From: Syntrophorhabdales bacterium
GTDB lineage: Bacteria; Desulfobacterota; Syntrophorhabdia; Syntrophorhabdales; WCHB1-27
Assembly (NCBI GenBank): GCA_035315185.1
Contig: DATFYE010000101.1
Span: forward strand, 115 to 64,114
Direction of reading: 5' to 3'
Length of the DNA stretch: 64,000 nt
Shown here: piece by piece, positions 19,254 to 29,171 of the stretch
Layout: every line of letters begins with the position of its first letter
Numbering within the stretch: position 1 is the first letter of the stretch
Notes under the pieces: generated by a model
Databases searched by the model: none
Seen by the model: the letters and a program-made list of their open reading frames with translations, nothing else
What the model was told of the DNA's origin: nothing
Program-made: the position numbers and the translations under genes

Positions 19254-20450
19254 TTAGATTTTGCCTCTATGGGGCGGCGAACAAGGATGTGCTCCTGTCA
19301 GCCCCGGGGCCAGTACATCCGAGGCGGCGAGGGGGGAGACGGCGGGCCAGAACCCGAGGTATCTGAGGATCTTCTCGATCACCGCCTGCTGATGGATAAG
19401 AAAACGGTCAATCACCGGCTGGCGGTGCTTGAATAAAATAAGGCTCGGGATAAACGTCGCACCCAGATGCGCTTTGGTTTTCTCCGCGCCCTGACCCGCG
19501 TGATAGAGAGGGATTTTTTGCTCGACGCAGTAGCGGACATTTTCAAGCCAGGACAACACATAAAGGTTGTATTTGCGGCCGAGCTCGTAATCCATGCAGA
19601 AATATTTATCCACCATCGCTTCTTGTCTTACGACGAGAAGGTTAAAAGCGGCCAGTTCTTCTTGCACAAAATAGAGCGTGTACTCGGCGCCCGGGACTCT
19701 CTCACAGATTTTTTCAAGAAATAAGCGGTTGTGCGCGCCAAACGCCATGGGACCCCGCTCCACTGTTTCCAGATAAAGCTTGTAGATCCTGTCCAGAAAA
19801 GGAGAAATATTGCGACTTCGAATCACCCTGACTTCGTGGAAGGCACGCATTTTGCGACGCAGGTCTTTTCTCGCGGCTCTTGAAAGGCGGCTTAAGTATT
19901 CCTCCAGGCTGTTAAAAGTAATCGGCAGTCGGGCGCAAGGCAGACCTTGAACCCGGTTGAACTTTTTGAATACTTCGCCGGGGAGTTTGCCGTGATGATT
20001 AAAGTTGTAAAACGCCACGATGTCGCTTTTAAGTTCGGTCGCGAGCGTTTGTAAGGCGTCCAGGGCCATTTTCCATGCCGCCTCAAGGGTGCCTGCATCA
20101 ATTTGAGGATCAATCCCGATTTCACTCCATTCCCCTACTAACAGTCCCACGCCTAAAACACGGGGATGAAAAATTGAGGGGATGAGACGGACTGCCGCTT
20201 TCAGCGATGTCTTGATCCATCCCCGCGCAAAAGTGGACAAATCAAAAAGGCTTTCAAACAAAGGCAACAAGAGAATAGGAGCATCATCTTTTGACACCAC
20301 GATACTCCGCAGGTTAAAACCGTCAATACCCGATTCTTGCAACAGAGAAAGAAGAGGGGCAGTACTGGAAGGCTCCGGAAAAAGCCGTCCTAGTTCCGCC
20401 GACGACACTACGTCTAACCGGGGCACGCAATTGCAGGTAAGGTTATTCAT
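19254..20450 (-). CDS. FemAB-like/DUF482-type GNAT-fold acyltransferase
   Basis: C-terminal half (SLEEYLSRLSRAARKDLRRK.., YHAGQGAEKTKAHLGATFIPS) matches the pattern I recall for the DUF482/BioF2-like acetyltransferase family. 8-nt overlap with the PPTase gene. Confidence 0.55.
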   Translation of the reverse strand: MNNLTCNCVPRLDVVSSAELGRLFPEPSSTAPLLSLLQESGIDGFNLRSIVVSKDDAPILLLPLFESLFDLSTFARGWIKTSLKAAVRLIPSIFHPRVLGVGLLVGEWSEIGIDPQIDAGTLEAAWKMALDALQTLATELKSDIVAFYNFNHHGKLPGEVFKKFNRVQGLPCARLPITFNSLEEYLSRLSRAARKDLRRKMRAFHEVRVIRSRNISPFLDRIYKLYLETVERGPMAFGAHNRLFLEKICERVPGAEYTLYFVQEELAAFNLLVVRQEAMVDKYFCMDYELGRKYNLYVLSWLENVRYCVEQKIPLYHAGQGAEKTKAHLGATFIPSLILFKHRQPVIDRFLIHQQAVIEKILRYLGFWPAVSPLAASDVLAPGLTGAHPCSPPHRGKI

Positions 20451-21195
20451 GGCCCGTCGGTCTCCAATTCAAGAGGGCGATGGAAAGCCACATCTTCACC
20501 TGGGGAAGAGAATGTACCCATAGGGACCGGCCAGTAGTTATGGGAAACCGCGCCAGCGCCTTTCCTGATAAGCCCACCGGAAAGGTATACCCGCCGTTCT
20601 CCCCTATTGGCCCCTCTACCGACGGATAGACGGTGATTTGCCGCGGATCCACGAGATGGAATGCACAGCCCAGGGCCTTAACAACGGCTTCCTTGACAGA
20701 CCAAAGCAGGGCTGATGCCTTTTCCAAATCTCCGCCCGCCAACCTCAAGGCGTGTTGAAGCTCTTGTGTATGGAAGACCCGGTGAAAGGGGTATTCTCCT
20801 TGGAATTCATCGGTCCCCGCCACATCGATGCCGATCTCAGACTCATCTCCACAGAGAGCGGCCCAGACCTTTCCCCCACCTTGGCTGAAGGAGATGGCCG
20901 GACCCTGATATTCTCCCAACAGGAGATGGGGCCTGCCAAGCGGGCCGCGGACCACCTGAATCGGGAAAGCAGCGCTGTTGGAGGATTGACAGCGTTTCCA
21001 AAGAGGACTTTCCATCGCCGCTAGGTGATCCCACAGGATCGAGACTAAACGGGTTTCGGCGGCATGTGGCATGGATGCATAGAAGACGGGTCCCCTTCCA
21101 TGAACGGAACTCACGGCATGAACGGTTGATCCTTGGCGATCCTTTGTCGCATCTACTTCCATCCTTCCCAAAAGCTGCGTTCTTTCTGGGCCCAT
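20443..21195 (-). CDS. 4'-phosphopantetheinyl transferase (Sfp type)
   Basis: Motifs GRPHL, ISFSQ, IGIDVA and WSVKEAVVKALG. Start uncertain (the N-terminal 60 aa or so are atypical). Confidence 0.8.
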   Translation of the reverse strand: MGPERTQLLGRMEVDATKDRQGSTVHAVSSVHGRGPVFYASMPHAAETRLVSILWDHLAAMESPLWKRCQSSNSAAFPIQVVRGPLGRPHLLLGEYQGPAISFSQGGGKVWAALCGDESEIGIDVAGTDEFQGEYPFHRVFHTQELQHALRLAGGDLEKASALLWSVKEAVVKALGCAFHLVDPRQITVYPSVEGPIGENGGYTFPVGLSGKALARFPITTGRSLWVHSLPQVKMWLSIALLNWRPTGHE

Positions 21196-21200
21196 AATGC

Positions 21201-24200
21201 TCAGTCCGAAACCCAGTGCATGCGCATAGTATGGACCTGCATGATGGTGCGGCCTTGATCGTCAATCCCTCTGGCGTCCCAGGAGAGGCCTTCCTCGTCC
21301 TGTGCCCGCATGCGGGCCTCCAGGGTTATCTGTTCTCCCACCCGGCATTTTCGCAAAAACCTTATCTCCCCGATTTCCATGGGAATCATAGATCGTCGCT
21401 CCGCTGGGTCCGTTGCGGCGGTGTGGAAGCCGGCCAACTGCAGGAGGGCCTCAAAAAGGTAGGGAGAATACTGGTACCGTGCGTTCCGCGGATTTGCGAA
21501 ATCACTTGTCTCCCGGTAGATGGTTGCGCCCCGTACCACCCCCGGGCCGGCACCGTCAAGGAACTCGATCACGCGATACCTGCCTTCGAGGCCGCTGCGG
21601 TCTTTGTACCATTTAAGCACTTTCTTATGATCCATAGGGCTCGTCCGCAGTTCGTCCGGCCGGACAGGAAAATCAGGGAGCCCCTCCCCCAGATATCCTC
21701 CACCGCCATCCGCGCCATCCGTGCCATCAAGGATGACCTGGCCCTCGCAGTGCGGGATGAAGCGGTCGGTCAACCTCCCGGCGGGGGAGATCTCCTGTGC
21801 TGCGAGAGAGACCTCGCACAATACCTCCCGAAGACCCGTGCCGGCCCGGCGGCAGGAGATCCTGGAAGGCCGTGAAATCCCGGGAGGACATTGGATCATG
21901 TCCATGAGCCGCACCTGGCGAACACCTCGCACCTGCAGGTGGGGATACAGGATCCGGGCGGCTTCCATGAATGTCTCCAGAACCATGGCGGCCGAGACCA
22001 GGGGATGCTTGACGAACCTGAAAGGCCTGTGATCCGCGATCCAAAGATCCTTCTCCAGGGAGAAAGATCTGAAGGCCTCCAGTTCATCCCGACGGATGTC
22101 CAGGCAGGAGATCCTCTCTATCATGGGGAAGTCCCCGGGGCTGAAGGAGACGGTGCCTCCAACCAGTTCTCCACCGGTCGAAGGACGGGTTGTATCATCG
22201 AGCAGTGACGTATTCACGGATGGCAGCCTCCTCATGAACATCACCCACACGTCGTCGGCCGTGGATGCAAAGAGTTCCCGGCAGAACAATCCCGCAAGCT
22301 CATTTACATGGACGTACGCCACGCCCTTCCGCTTCATCAGCTCCCGGACCTCCGGATCCTCGGCCATGCCCGCCCCCTCGACAGGGGAAAGCATCAAGGC
22401 CTTGAACCGGATGGCGCCGTTTTTCCGGCGGAGGGCTCTGAGTAGCGCAGACATCATCCGGTTGGCTGCAGCGTAGTTGGCCTGGCCGGGATTCCCCTGG
22501 ATCGCGGCCGCCGAGGAAAGGCCCACGAAAAACCTCAAGCCGGCCCCCTCCCCAGCCGAGAATAGGTTCCAGGCCCCGAGGAATTTGACGTCCGTGACCG
22601 TGGAGAAATCATCCGGGGTCATTTGGCTCAAAAGGCCATCCCTGAGGACTCCGGCGCCGTGAATAATCCCGTCGATCTTGCCATAGCGGCTTGCCACTTC
22701 ATTCATGATCGCGCGGACTGCCTTGGGGTCAGTCACATCGCAGGTGTGGTACGCTGCGTCGATCCCTGAGGCGTGCAAATCCGCCAAGGTCCGGGCGATC
22801 TCCGATGCCCTGTGGTCGGAAGTGAACCCCTCGGAAGACGAACGTTCGGGGTACGGCTTTGCGGGATTGGTGCCTGGATCGAGAGAAGTCCTCCCCAGGA
22901 AGACCAGGCGGGGCGCGAAAGGCACAAGGCAGCGGGCCAGGTGGGCGCTGATCCCCGTTGCGCCTCCGGACATGACTACAACGTCTCCAGGGCTTATATT
23001 CAGACTTGACGAATCCCCGAAGATCGAGGGGGCTACGTGCGCCTCCGAAGTGAAGACCCTGCCATCACGATGCATGATCTCCACCACGGTGCATCCTCTG
23101 TCCAGAGCATTGCGCAGAGCAACGCCTATGTCGGTATCCCCGTCGATTTCCAATGTGCGAAACTGGACCGATGGGTGTTCCTGCGCCGCGCTCAAAAAAA
23201 GCCCGAGCATCCCTTCCGCCAGCAGCCGAACGGGAGTTTCGCTATCCTCCCTGGAATGAATCAGCACCACAAATTTCTTGGCCGGTGATTGAAGAAACGC
23301 CTTCAGCAGGAGAAAGAGCCCCCTTAGAAGCCGCGAAATATCCACCAAGTTTCTTAACCTCCCCGACGCACCTTGACAGAGGTTGATGACCACCCCGGAA
23401 AGGGACGACAGGCCCGCTATGCTATCTACAGCCCCGGAGGCCCCTTCATCGGTTCGAATGTCATAGCCCTCTTCGCCCGGACCCAAGTTCCCTTGCATGA
23501 ACAGCATTGGAAGCGTATCAACCCCGTAATCCAGTCGGAGGATGTCCCCTGCACTTCTGGCAATCCCGCCATCCCTGTCGGGTGAGAGAAGGAGGACTGA
23601 CTCGCCCGGGCTCAATTCCATGGGAATAGAGGCCGCCAACTTTACAGTGGCCTGGTTGAATACGAGCCGCTTTAGGCTCACCTCATCCTCTGAGGACTTC
23701 AGGATTTCATTCCGCACTTCAGGGTCAACAGCCTCGGTGGCCGGCTGAAGGCTGGTGCCTCCCTGTCTGGCGATAACCTTAGAGATCCTTTGAGCGATGT
23801 CCTTCACGGTACGGACGCCTATAAAGTCCTCTAATTCGATAGTGATCCCGAATTGGCGTTCCGCACCATCCATGATGATGGGGAGCCGGCTCGATCGAAT
23901 GGACAGGTCTCTTCTGAGATCCATATTGGGTTGGATCTCGTCCCTATTGAATCCTGTAGCATCCATGATAATTCGAATGAGCCTCTCCATAAGATCTTGC
24001 TGCTCAGACGCCTCACCTGGGGCAGGGACGAGGGGGGGGGATACAGGGGCAGGGGGACGCGGAGACACTGAGACACGGAGAGGCGGAGCCTCTCCCCCTG
24101 TTGCAGAACCCACAAGCATGGATTCGATAACGGATGATAGGTCGCCTTCTTGGAATGTTGGGTCAAGCTCCTGGCGGATGGCTTCCAGGATGTTGGGCTT

Positions 24201-27200
24201 GAGGGAGCCGCCGAAGGTCTCTATCACGAATCGGTTGATTTCCCTTTGAATGATGCTCTCCACCGGGTTGGAGTCTGCAAGCCCCGGTTCCGACGTTCGT
24301 AACGCGGGTGCCGGGGCGATTCGGTGAGATTCGGGAGTTTTTCTGAATGCAGAGGGGGAAACAAACCTCGGTTCTCCATCAACCTTCAGATGACCTTGAA
24401 CGAAGAGTTGAGCAAGAGCGGTCTTGTAGGTCAGGCCCTCTGTGGAAGAAAGGCACGTCGGGATACATACCGATTCAGGAAGCGTGTCCGCGATGAGATT
24501 GCTCAGTGTTTCGCCGGGGCCCACCTCCACGAAGAGCCGGACTCCGTAGTCGTTCCAAAGGGCCTGGACGTTATTCATCCAGTGGACGGTAGATTCCAGG
24601 TGGGCCATCAGGATTCGCCTGATCTCATCGGGATCTGATGGATACGGTGCCATGATCGTGTTGGAGATGACGGGAATCCGCGGGGAATGAAATGGAATGG
24701 AGGCAATGTACGCCTCGAGCTCATCATGGATGACCTTCATGATAGGGGAGTGGAAGGCCATGCTGACCCGCAAGAGGGTGGCCCGGTGGCCCATTTCCTT
24801 CAATCGTTTGCAGAGATCCTTGACCGCCTCTGTGCCGCCGCTCAGGACGATCTGGTTCGGTGAATTGATATTGCCGATGTGGATATTGTCCCGTCCCCGG
24901 ATCATCTCTTGCAGCAGATCCGAAGGGACGTCCGTGGCCGCCATAACGCCGGGGTCCACGTGCATGCCGGCGGCCTTGTCCATGCAGAGGGCCCGCTTGT
25001 TCACGATTCGAAACCCGTCCTCCGGGGAATAGACACCGGCCATGCACAAGGCGGTCAGCTCGCCCAAGCTATGGCCGGCCATGGCCACAGGATGGATGCC
25101 GAGGGTCGTGAGGTGTCGAGCCATGGCATGTTCCATGGCGAACATGGCAGGCTGCTGCCACCGCGTCTTCTGAAGATTTTCCTCTTGATCGTGGAACAAT
25201 AAGTGAAGGAGGTCGAAGTCCGCTACGGCTGCAGTCCGATCCATCCACTCCCTGATGACGGGAAAGGACTCGTAGAGCTCCCGTCCCATTCCGCTATACT
25301 GTGACCCCTGTCCTGGAAATACAAAGGCGAGCGGTAGGGCCGGCACATCCTTGCGGCTCATGAAAATTCCCTGTTGCGCCAGGGACCTCAATGCCTTGGG
25401 CGAGGCGATTCCGGATTCGGCAAGGAGGGCCGACCCCTCGACGACATTGAGCGCCTCCTCTTCAGATTGCGCCACGACGGCCATCCGGCAGTTACGGCCG
25501 TCCATCTCGGTCCGGAAGAAAGAGACGCCCTGGAGCGTGGGAGTGCCTCCACCCTTCTCTCCAGGGAGACTGGGCCCTCTGCCCGGGGAGACTAGTATGG
25601 TATCCACTTCATCCATGGTCTGCTCCACCTGCACAACGTAGTTGGAACCTCCGAACCCGAAGGCGTTCACCTGAAACCTTCTTGGCTGGTTGTCCCTACC
25701 CCTCCAATCAAGGGGCTCCGGGCCGATGAGGAGACCCGATCCTTCCAGGTCGATTTCCGGGTCTGGATGCATATAGTTGAGGGTGGGAGGAAAAATCCCC
25801 GCCTTCATGGCCGTGACCCCTCGAATGAGGTTATTAATGCCCGAGGCGCCCAGCGTGTGTCCGATCTGGGATTTGAACGAGGTGATCACGGTGCGCCTGG
25901 TGGAATTGAAGACGGACTTCAGGGCACGGGCCTCCTCCAGGTCTCCTTGCCGGGTGCTCGTGGCATGGCATTCCACCAGGTCCACTCCATCGGGCCCATA
26001 GGGTAGCCCTCGGAAAGAGGCGCGGATGGCGATCTCTTGGGTGACACTGGCGGACTCCACCATGCCCAGATGGTTGTTGCTCGCTCCCATGCCGGTGATG
26101 ACGGCGTGGACAGGCGCCCCTCTTGCGCGGGCCAAACTTTCCCGCTCGATGACGATCATTCCCCCGCCTTCGCCGAGGACCATCCCGTCTCTTTCAGCAT
26201 CGAAGGGGCGGGAGGTCTCCTGAGCGGGTCTTTCGTGTCCGGACACCCCGTAAAGTGCGCCCAGGGCGGAGAATTCCACAAAATGCAGGTGTGTGAGATT
26301 TTCCTCGCCCCCTCCGACGATGGCTGCATCGATGATGCCGTTTCGGATCATCTGGACGGCGCTGTGAAGTGCGACCAATGAGGTGGCGCAGGCTGCGGAG
26401 ACGGAATAGCTGGGCCCCATGAACCCATACCGGTTGCAGACGAAGCCGCCCGCTGCGCAGTTGAGTCTGCCCAGGAGCGTGCTGTCGTCCGGGGCCATGC
26501 GTCCGGATTTCACCTCCTGTTCGATAGCGCTCTCCTGATCCGGCGTGAGGTGAATGGCCCTTTTGATGGCGGCAAGGATGTCGTAAAAGTACCCCCTGAC
26601 GATCATGTTGGTGAGGGTCCCCGCCGCCTCTCCCGAGTTCTGGGAGATCAGGACTCCGATTCGCTCGCGTGGGATGTCTGACTCCAGGATGCCGGATGCC
26701 CGGATGGCCCTGTCCGCAAGCCACATGGTCATCCTTGTGGCCACGGTCATGCTCCGGAAATCATGGGGAGGAATCCCGAGTTCACTGCGGGAGGCATGAA
26801 AATCCGCGAAGGCGCCCACCTTGCAGTAGGTCTTGTCCGGGACGTGCAGCCGGGGATCATAAAAACGCTCATGATCCCACCGGGAAGGCGGAACCAATGT
26901 AATACCGCTCTTCATGGCCAAGCTTGCAGCCCACACCTCCTCCGGGCTCTTTCCCAGGGCGTTGATGATGCTCATCCCGGTGATGGCAACCCTTTCGGAA
27001 TCGTCTCTGCGGGGGGCGACTCGTTTCAGCCCACGGCCGACCCCGGAGGACGGAGTTTCCAGGGTTTTCTCGATTGACCCCACAACCGGCTGATACAGCA
27101 GGAGAGGACCTTCGGCAAGCTCGCGGTGAAAGGACTGCAGCGTCTGATCCTTAACGATGAGGCCGGCGCACGCCCCACTCATGAATTGCCCGCGCTCCAG

Positions 27201-29126
27201 ACAGGCCCGCTCATCCAGAGCCACCCCTCCTGGCCTGTCCATACCCCGGGCCGCAGTGAAGAGGCTCCCCGCAGCCATCTCCTCCATGCTCGTCCGGAAA
27301 GAGGCCTCGTCCTGATGACCCGCTGCAAACTCCCTCTCCAGAGACAAAATAGCTGCCACCCTGGGGGTCCTCAAAGCGCGCACCCGAAGCCCGGTGTGCC
27401 GGCCCGAAACGGCCGTTCCCCCCGGCGGCGATTCCAGGACCATCCTCTGATAGAGCGTTGTCAAGGCGCCCGTTTCAACGATCTCCCGGGTGGCCAGGTA
27501 AATGGTGCCCATTTGGATGGCATCCGCGCCCAGCATGGCGGCCAAGAATGCTGTCTCCCGATTAAAGATTCCCCCAGCAAGGATCACCCGACAGTTTTGG
27601 AAAAGGGTGGGCGCGCGCCGCTTGAGATCCAACACCATTTGAGCAAGGGTGAGCGTGCTGTGCTGCCCCACATGGCCGCCGGCCTCATATCCCTCGCAGA
27701 CCACGTACCGGGCGCCGGCTTCCAGGACGAGCTTCAGCAGGGCCTCATCGGGCGCGATATACATGACCGCTATGCCGCACTCTATCAATTCCCTTAAAGA
27801 GGAGAGATCGCCACCCGCGATCACGACAAACCGGGGTCTCTGTTTCTTTATCCAGGCCAGTTGCGTCTCCCTGAAAGGGTTTTCTACCAAAGAGACGAGA
27901 TTCACTGCATAAGGGCGCCCGCCCATGATCTCCGGCAGGCGTCCCAGCCTCCGGTCAAGGGCCTCCGCGTCCATCAGGCCAAGGGCGATAGTGGGCAATC
28001 CACCGGCATCGGCAACTCTTGAGGCAAACTCCGGGACATCGGTGATCCAGGACATGGCGCCCTGGATAAAAGGATAGAGGGTTCCCATCTCTCTGGCTAC
28101 AGGGCTGTCCAGAAAGCAATTCTTTTTTGCCTCGGCCAGGCGGCATACGTTACGAATTTCGTCCATGAAGGCTTTCACGGCCTCCTCGGTTCCGGTCCCG
28201 AAACGCTCAACGAACGACGCGGCAAAGGCAGCTTCCACGCCCAGAGGGATGACCTCGTCCTGACCGAAATGGCTCTCCAGCGGGTGGAGGGCCCTGGCAT
28301 GCACCTGGCTTACGAAGGCGCGGCGGCTTTCCTCCTCGATCTTTGCTCCGTACAGCAAGTCCTCGAACGCCTGGATCTCCCTGAACGCATGCGAGTTTCC
28401 CTTATTAAAAAGGCGACAGGGAACCTCGAGGTCCAGGCCCACCAGATCAGTAGAATCGAGGCGGAGGTTGGAGAGCCGCTGGTGTTGAAACGCATCGATA
28501 GCAACCATATCCGTCAGCCAATGGAGGCTCTCGAAAACGATCCCGGTTGCCCCGGTCGACAGGAATGCCGCTGCCGCCTCAGGGGTGCAGATGCCTCCCC
28601 AGATGAGGACGTCGGGAGGCTTTAAGGCTGTGCGCAGCATTTCCTTGACCATCGAATAGAGAGCCATGGTCGTCTCACCGCTCACGAATCCGGAGGCCTC
28701 GCATCCTTTCAACACGATGCGCCCGACGCCCGAGCTATCCTTTAAAATCACTGCCAGGACATCCATGTCGCCGATGATCGGAAAGCAACGGTTGTTTTCC
28801 GACAATTCCCTCAATCTCTGTAGGAAGCTGGAAGACTCTCCTTGAAAAAACTGGGGGTGGCACTCTATCCAGATGTCGTGGACCCCTGTTTCCTTCAATA
28901 ACTGCCCCAATGATGGATCAAAGAAGGTAGGGACAGAAATCTTGATATCCCTCACGTGGGCGGCAGGGTCAGCCTTTCGTAAGAAAGAACGTAACCCGTC
29001 CACCCCCATAATGGAAAAATCGAAGACGGCTCTGCACCCTGTTCGCTGAGCCATCTGAATCACCGATGGGATGATCTCATCGGGCCGCCAGACGAAACCG
29101 ATAATAGAAACCCGATGCTCAGCCAC
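21201..29126 (-). CDS. iterative type I FAS/PKS-like synthase: NMO-like(degenerate)-ER-KS-AT-ACP-KR-DH
   Basis: 2641-aa ORF with domain motifs in the order listed in the domain features below. No thioesterase or reductase release domain is seen. Confidence 0.95.
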   Translation of the reverse strand: MAEHRVSIIGFVWRPDEIIPSVIQMAQRTGCRAVFDFSIMGVDGLRSFLRKADPAAHVRDIKISVPTFFDPSLGQLLKETGVHDIWIECHPQFFQGESSSFLQRLRELSENNRCFPIIGDMDVLAVILKDSSGVGRIVLKGCEASGFVSGETTMALYSMVKEMLRTALKPPDVLIWGGICTPEAAAAFLSTGATGIVFESLHWLTDMVAIDAFQHQRLSNLRLDSTDLVGLDLEVPCRLFNKGNSHAFREIQAFEDLLYGAKIEEESRRAFVSQVHARALHPLESHFGQDEVIPLGVEAAFAASFVERFGTGTEEAVKAFMDEIRNVCRLAEAKKNCFLDSPVAREMGTLYPFIQGAMSWITDVPEFASRVADAGGLPTIALGLMDAEALDRRLGRLPEIMGGRPYAVNLVSLVENPFRETQLAWIKKQRPRFVVIAGGDLSSLRELIECGIAVMYIAPDEALLKLVLEAGARYVVCEGYEAGGHVGQHSTLTLAQMVLDLKRRAPTLFQNCRVILAGGIFNRETAFLAAMLGADAIQMGTIYLATREIVETGALTTLYQRMVLESPPGGTAVSGRHTGLRVRALRTPRVAAILSLEREFAAGHQDEASFRTSMEEMAAGSLFTAARGMDRPGGVALDERACLERGQFMSGACAGLIVKDQTLQSFHRELAEGPLLLYQPVVGSIEKTLETPSSGVGRGLKRVAPRRDDSERVAITGMSIINALGKSPEEVWAASLAMKSGITLVPPSRWDHERFYDPRLHVPDKTYCKVGAFADFHASRSELGIPPHDFRSMTVATRMTMWLADRAIRASGILESDIPRERIGVLISQNSGEAAGTLTNMIVRGYFYDILAAIKRAIHLTPDQESAIEQEVKSGRMAPDDSTLLGRLNCAAGGFVCNRYGFMGPSYSVSAACATSLVALHSAVQMIRNGIIDAAIVGGGEENLTHLHFVEFSALGALYGVSGHERPAQETSRPFDAERDGMVLGEGGGMIVIERESLARARGAPVHAVITGMGASNNHLGMVESASVTQEIAIRASFRGLPYGPDGVDLVECHATSTRQGDLEEARALKSVFNSTRRTVITSFKSQIGHTLGASGINNLIRGVTAMKAGIFPPTLNYMHPDPEIDLEGSGLLIGPEPLDWRGRDNQPRRFQVNAFGFGGSNYVVQVEQTMDEVDTILVSPGRGPSLPGEKGGGTPTLQGVSFFRTEMDGRNCRMAVVAQSEEEALNVVEGSALLAESGIASPKALRSLAQQGIFMSRKDVPALPLAFVFPGQGSQYSGMGRELYESFPVIREWMDRTAAVADFDLLHLLFHDQEENLQKTRWQQPAMFAMEHAMARHLTTLGIHPVAMAGHSLGELTALCMAGVYSPEDGFRIVNKRALCMDKAAGMHVDPGVMAATDVPSDLLQEMIRGRDNIHIGNINSPNQIVLSGGTEAVKDLCKRLKEMGHRATLLRVSMAFHSPIMKVIHDELEAYIASIPFHSPRIPVISNTIMAPYPSDPDEIRRILMAHLESTVHWMNNVQALWNDYGVRLFVEVGPGETLSNLIADTLPESVCIPTCLSSTEGLTYKTALAQLFVQGHLKVDGEPRFVSPSAFRKTPESHRIAPAPALRTSEPGLADSNPVESIIQREINRFVIETFGGSLKPNILEAIRQELDPTFQEGDLSSVIESMLVGSATGGEAPPLRVSVSPRPPAPVSPPLVPAPGEASEQQDLMERLIRIIMDATGFNRDEIQPNMDLRRDLSIRSSRLPIIMDGAERQFGITIELEDFIGVRTVKDIAQRISKVIARQGGTSLQPATEAVDPEVRNEILKSSEDEVSLKRLVFNQATVKLAASIPMELSPGESVLLLSPDRDGGIARSAGDILRLDYGVDTLPMLFMQGNLGPGEEGYDIRTDEGASGAVDSIAGLSSLSGVVINLCQGASGRLRNLVDISRLLRGLFLLLKAFLQSPAKKFVVLIHSREDSETPVRLLAEGMLGLFLSAAQEHPSVQFRTLEIDGDTDIGVALRNALDRGCTVVEIMHRDGRVFTSEAHVAPSIFGDSSSLNISPGDVVVMSGGATGISAHLARCLVPFAPRLVFLGRTSLDPGTNPAKPYPERSSSEGFTSDHRASEIARTLADLHASGIDAAYHTCDVTDPKAVRAIMNEVASRYGKIDGIIHGAGVLRDGLLSQMTPDDFSTVTDVKFLGAWNLFSAGEGAGLRFFVGLSSAAAIQGNPGQANYAAANRMMSALLRALRRKNGAIRFKALMLSPVEGAGMAEDPEVRELMKRKGVAYVHVNELAGLFCRELFASTADDVWVMFMRRLPSVNTSLLDDTTRPSTGGELVGGTVSFSPGDFPMIERISCLDIRRDELEAFRSFSLEKDLWIADHRPFRFVKHPLVSAAMVLETFMEAARILYPHLQVRGVRQVRLMDMIQCPPGISRPSRISCRRAGTGLREVLCEVSLAAQEISPAGRLTDRFIPHCEGQVILDGTDGADGGGGYLGEGLPDFPVRPDELRTSPMDHKKVLKWYKDRSGLEGRYRVIEFLDGAGPGVVRGATIYRETSDFANPRNARYQYSPYLFEALLQLAGFHTAATDPAERRSMIPMEIGEIRFLRKCRVGEQITLEARMRAQDEEGLSWDARGIDDQGRTIMQVHTMRMHWVSD
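21204..22139 (-). other. synthase domain: PKS-type dehydratase / double hot-dog (aa 2330-2641)
   Basis: LWIADHRPFRFVKHPLVSAAMVLE resembles the N-terminal DH His motif. The C-terminal half is hot-dog-like. Catalytic competence not established. Confidence 0.6.
22377..22994 (-). other. synthase domain: ketoreductase (aa 2045-2250)
   Basis: SGGATGIS NADPH motif. LSSAAAIQGNPGQANYAAAN with the catalytic Tyr. Confidence 0.85.
23772..24005 (-). other. synthase domain: single ACP with atypical Ser motif (aa 1708-1785)
   Basis: DLRRDLSIRSSRLPIIM aligns with the canonical DLGIDSIKRVEI. The putative Ppant Ser is aa 1745. A Pro/Ala-rich linker precedes it. Confidence 0.6.
24447..25337 (-). other. synthase domain: acyltransferase (aa 1264-1560)
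   Basis: FVFPGQGSQ, GHSLGE (aa 1351-1356), MAFHS (malonyl-type xAFH). Confidence 0.85.
25617..26996 (-). other. synthase domain: ketosynthase (aa 711-1170)
   Basis: Active-site Cys in VSAACATS (about aa 913). ECHATST and GHTLGASG His motifs. FGFGGSN. Confidence 0.9.
27087..28109 (-). other. synthase domain: enoyl reductase, PfaD/FabK (nitronate monooxygenase) type (aa 340-680)
   Basis: YPFIQGAMSWI, CEGYEAGGHVG (aa 477-487), ILAGGI, GADAIQMGT. Confidence 0.8.
28137..29126 (-). other. synthase domain: N-terminal degenerate NMO/TIM-barrel-like module (aa 1-330)
   Basis: KGCEASGFVSGETT (aa 140-153) parallels the ER motif CEGYEAGGHVGQHST but lacks the His. Boundaries approximate. Confidence 0.45.
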
Positions 29127-29171
29127 TATATCCAGCCCCTTCCTTCAAGGCGATACGTTCACCTTTTAAAA

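Noticed and set aside
21216-28625. Many plus-strand ORFs of 60-220 aa inside the synthase gene (for example 21216..21875, 22705..23259, 27126..27797)
   Set aside because: They are antisense to a 2641-aa ORF whose KS, AT, ACP, KR and ER motifs are all intact. They are Arg/Pro/Gly-rich, as expected for shadow frames of GC-rich coding DNA.
21201-29126. Annotation as a canonical PUFA synthase (pfaA) locus
   Set aside because: There are no tandem ACPs, no KS/CLF pair, no FabA-type DH pair and no separate pfaB/C/D genes. The ER is fused in cis, so the PUFA label is not justified.
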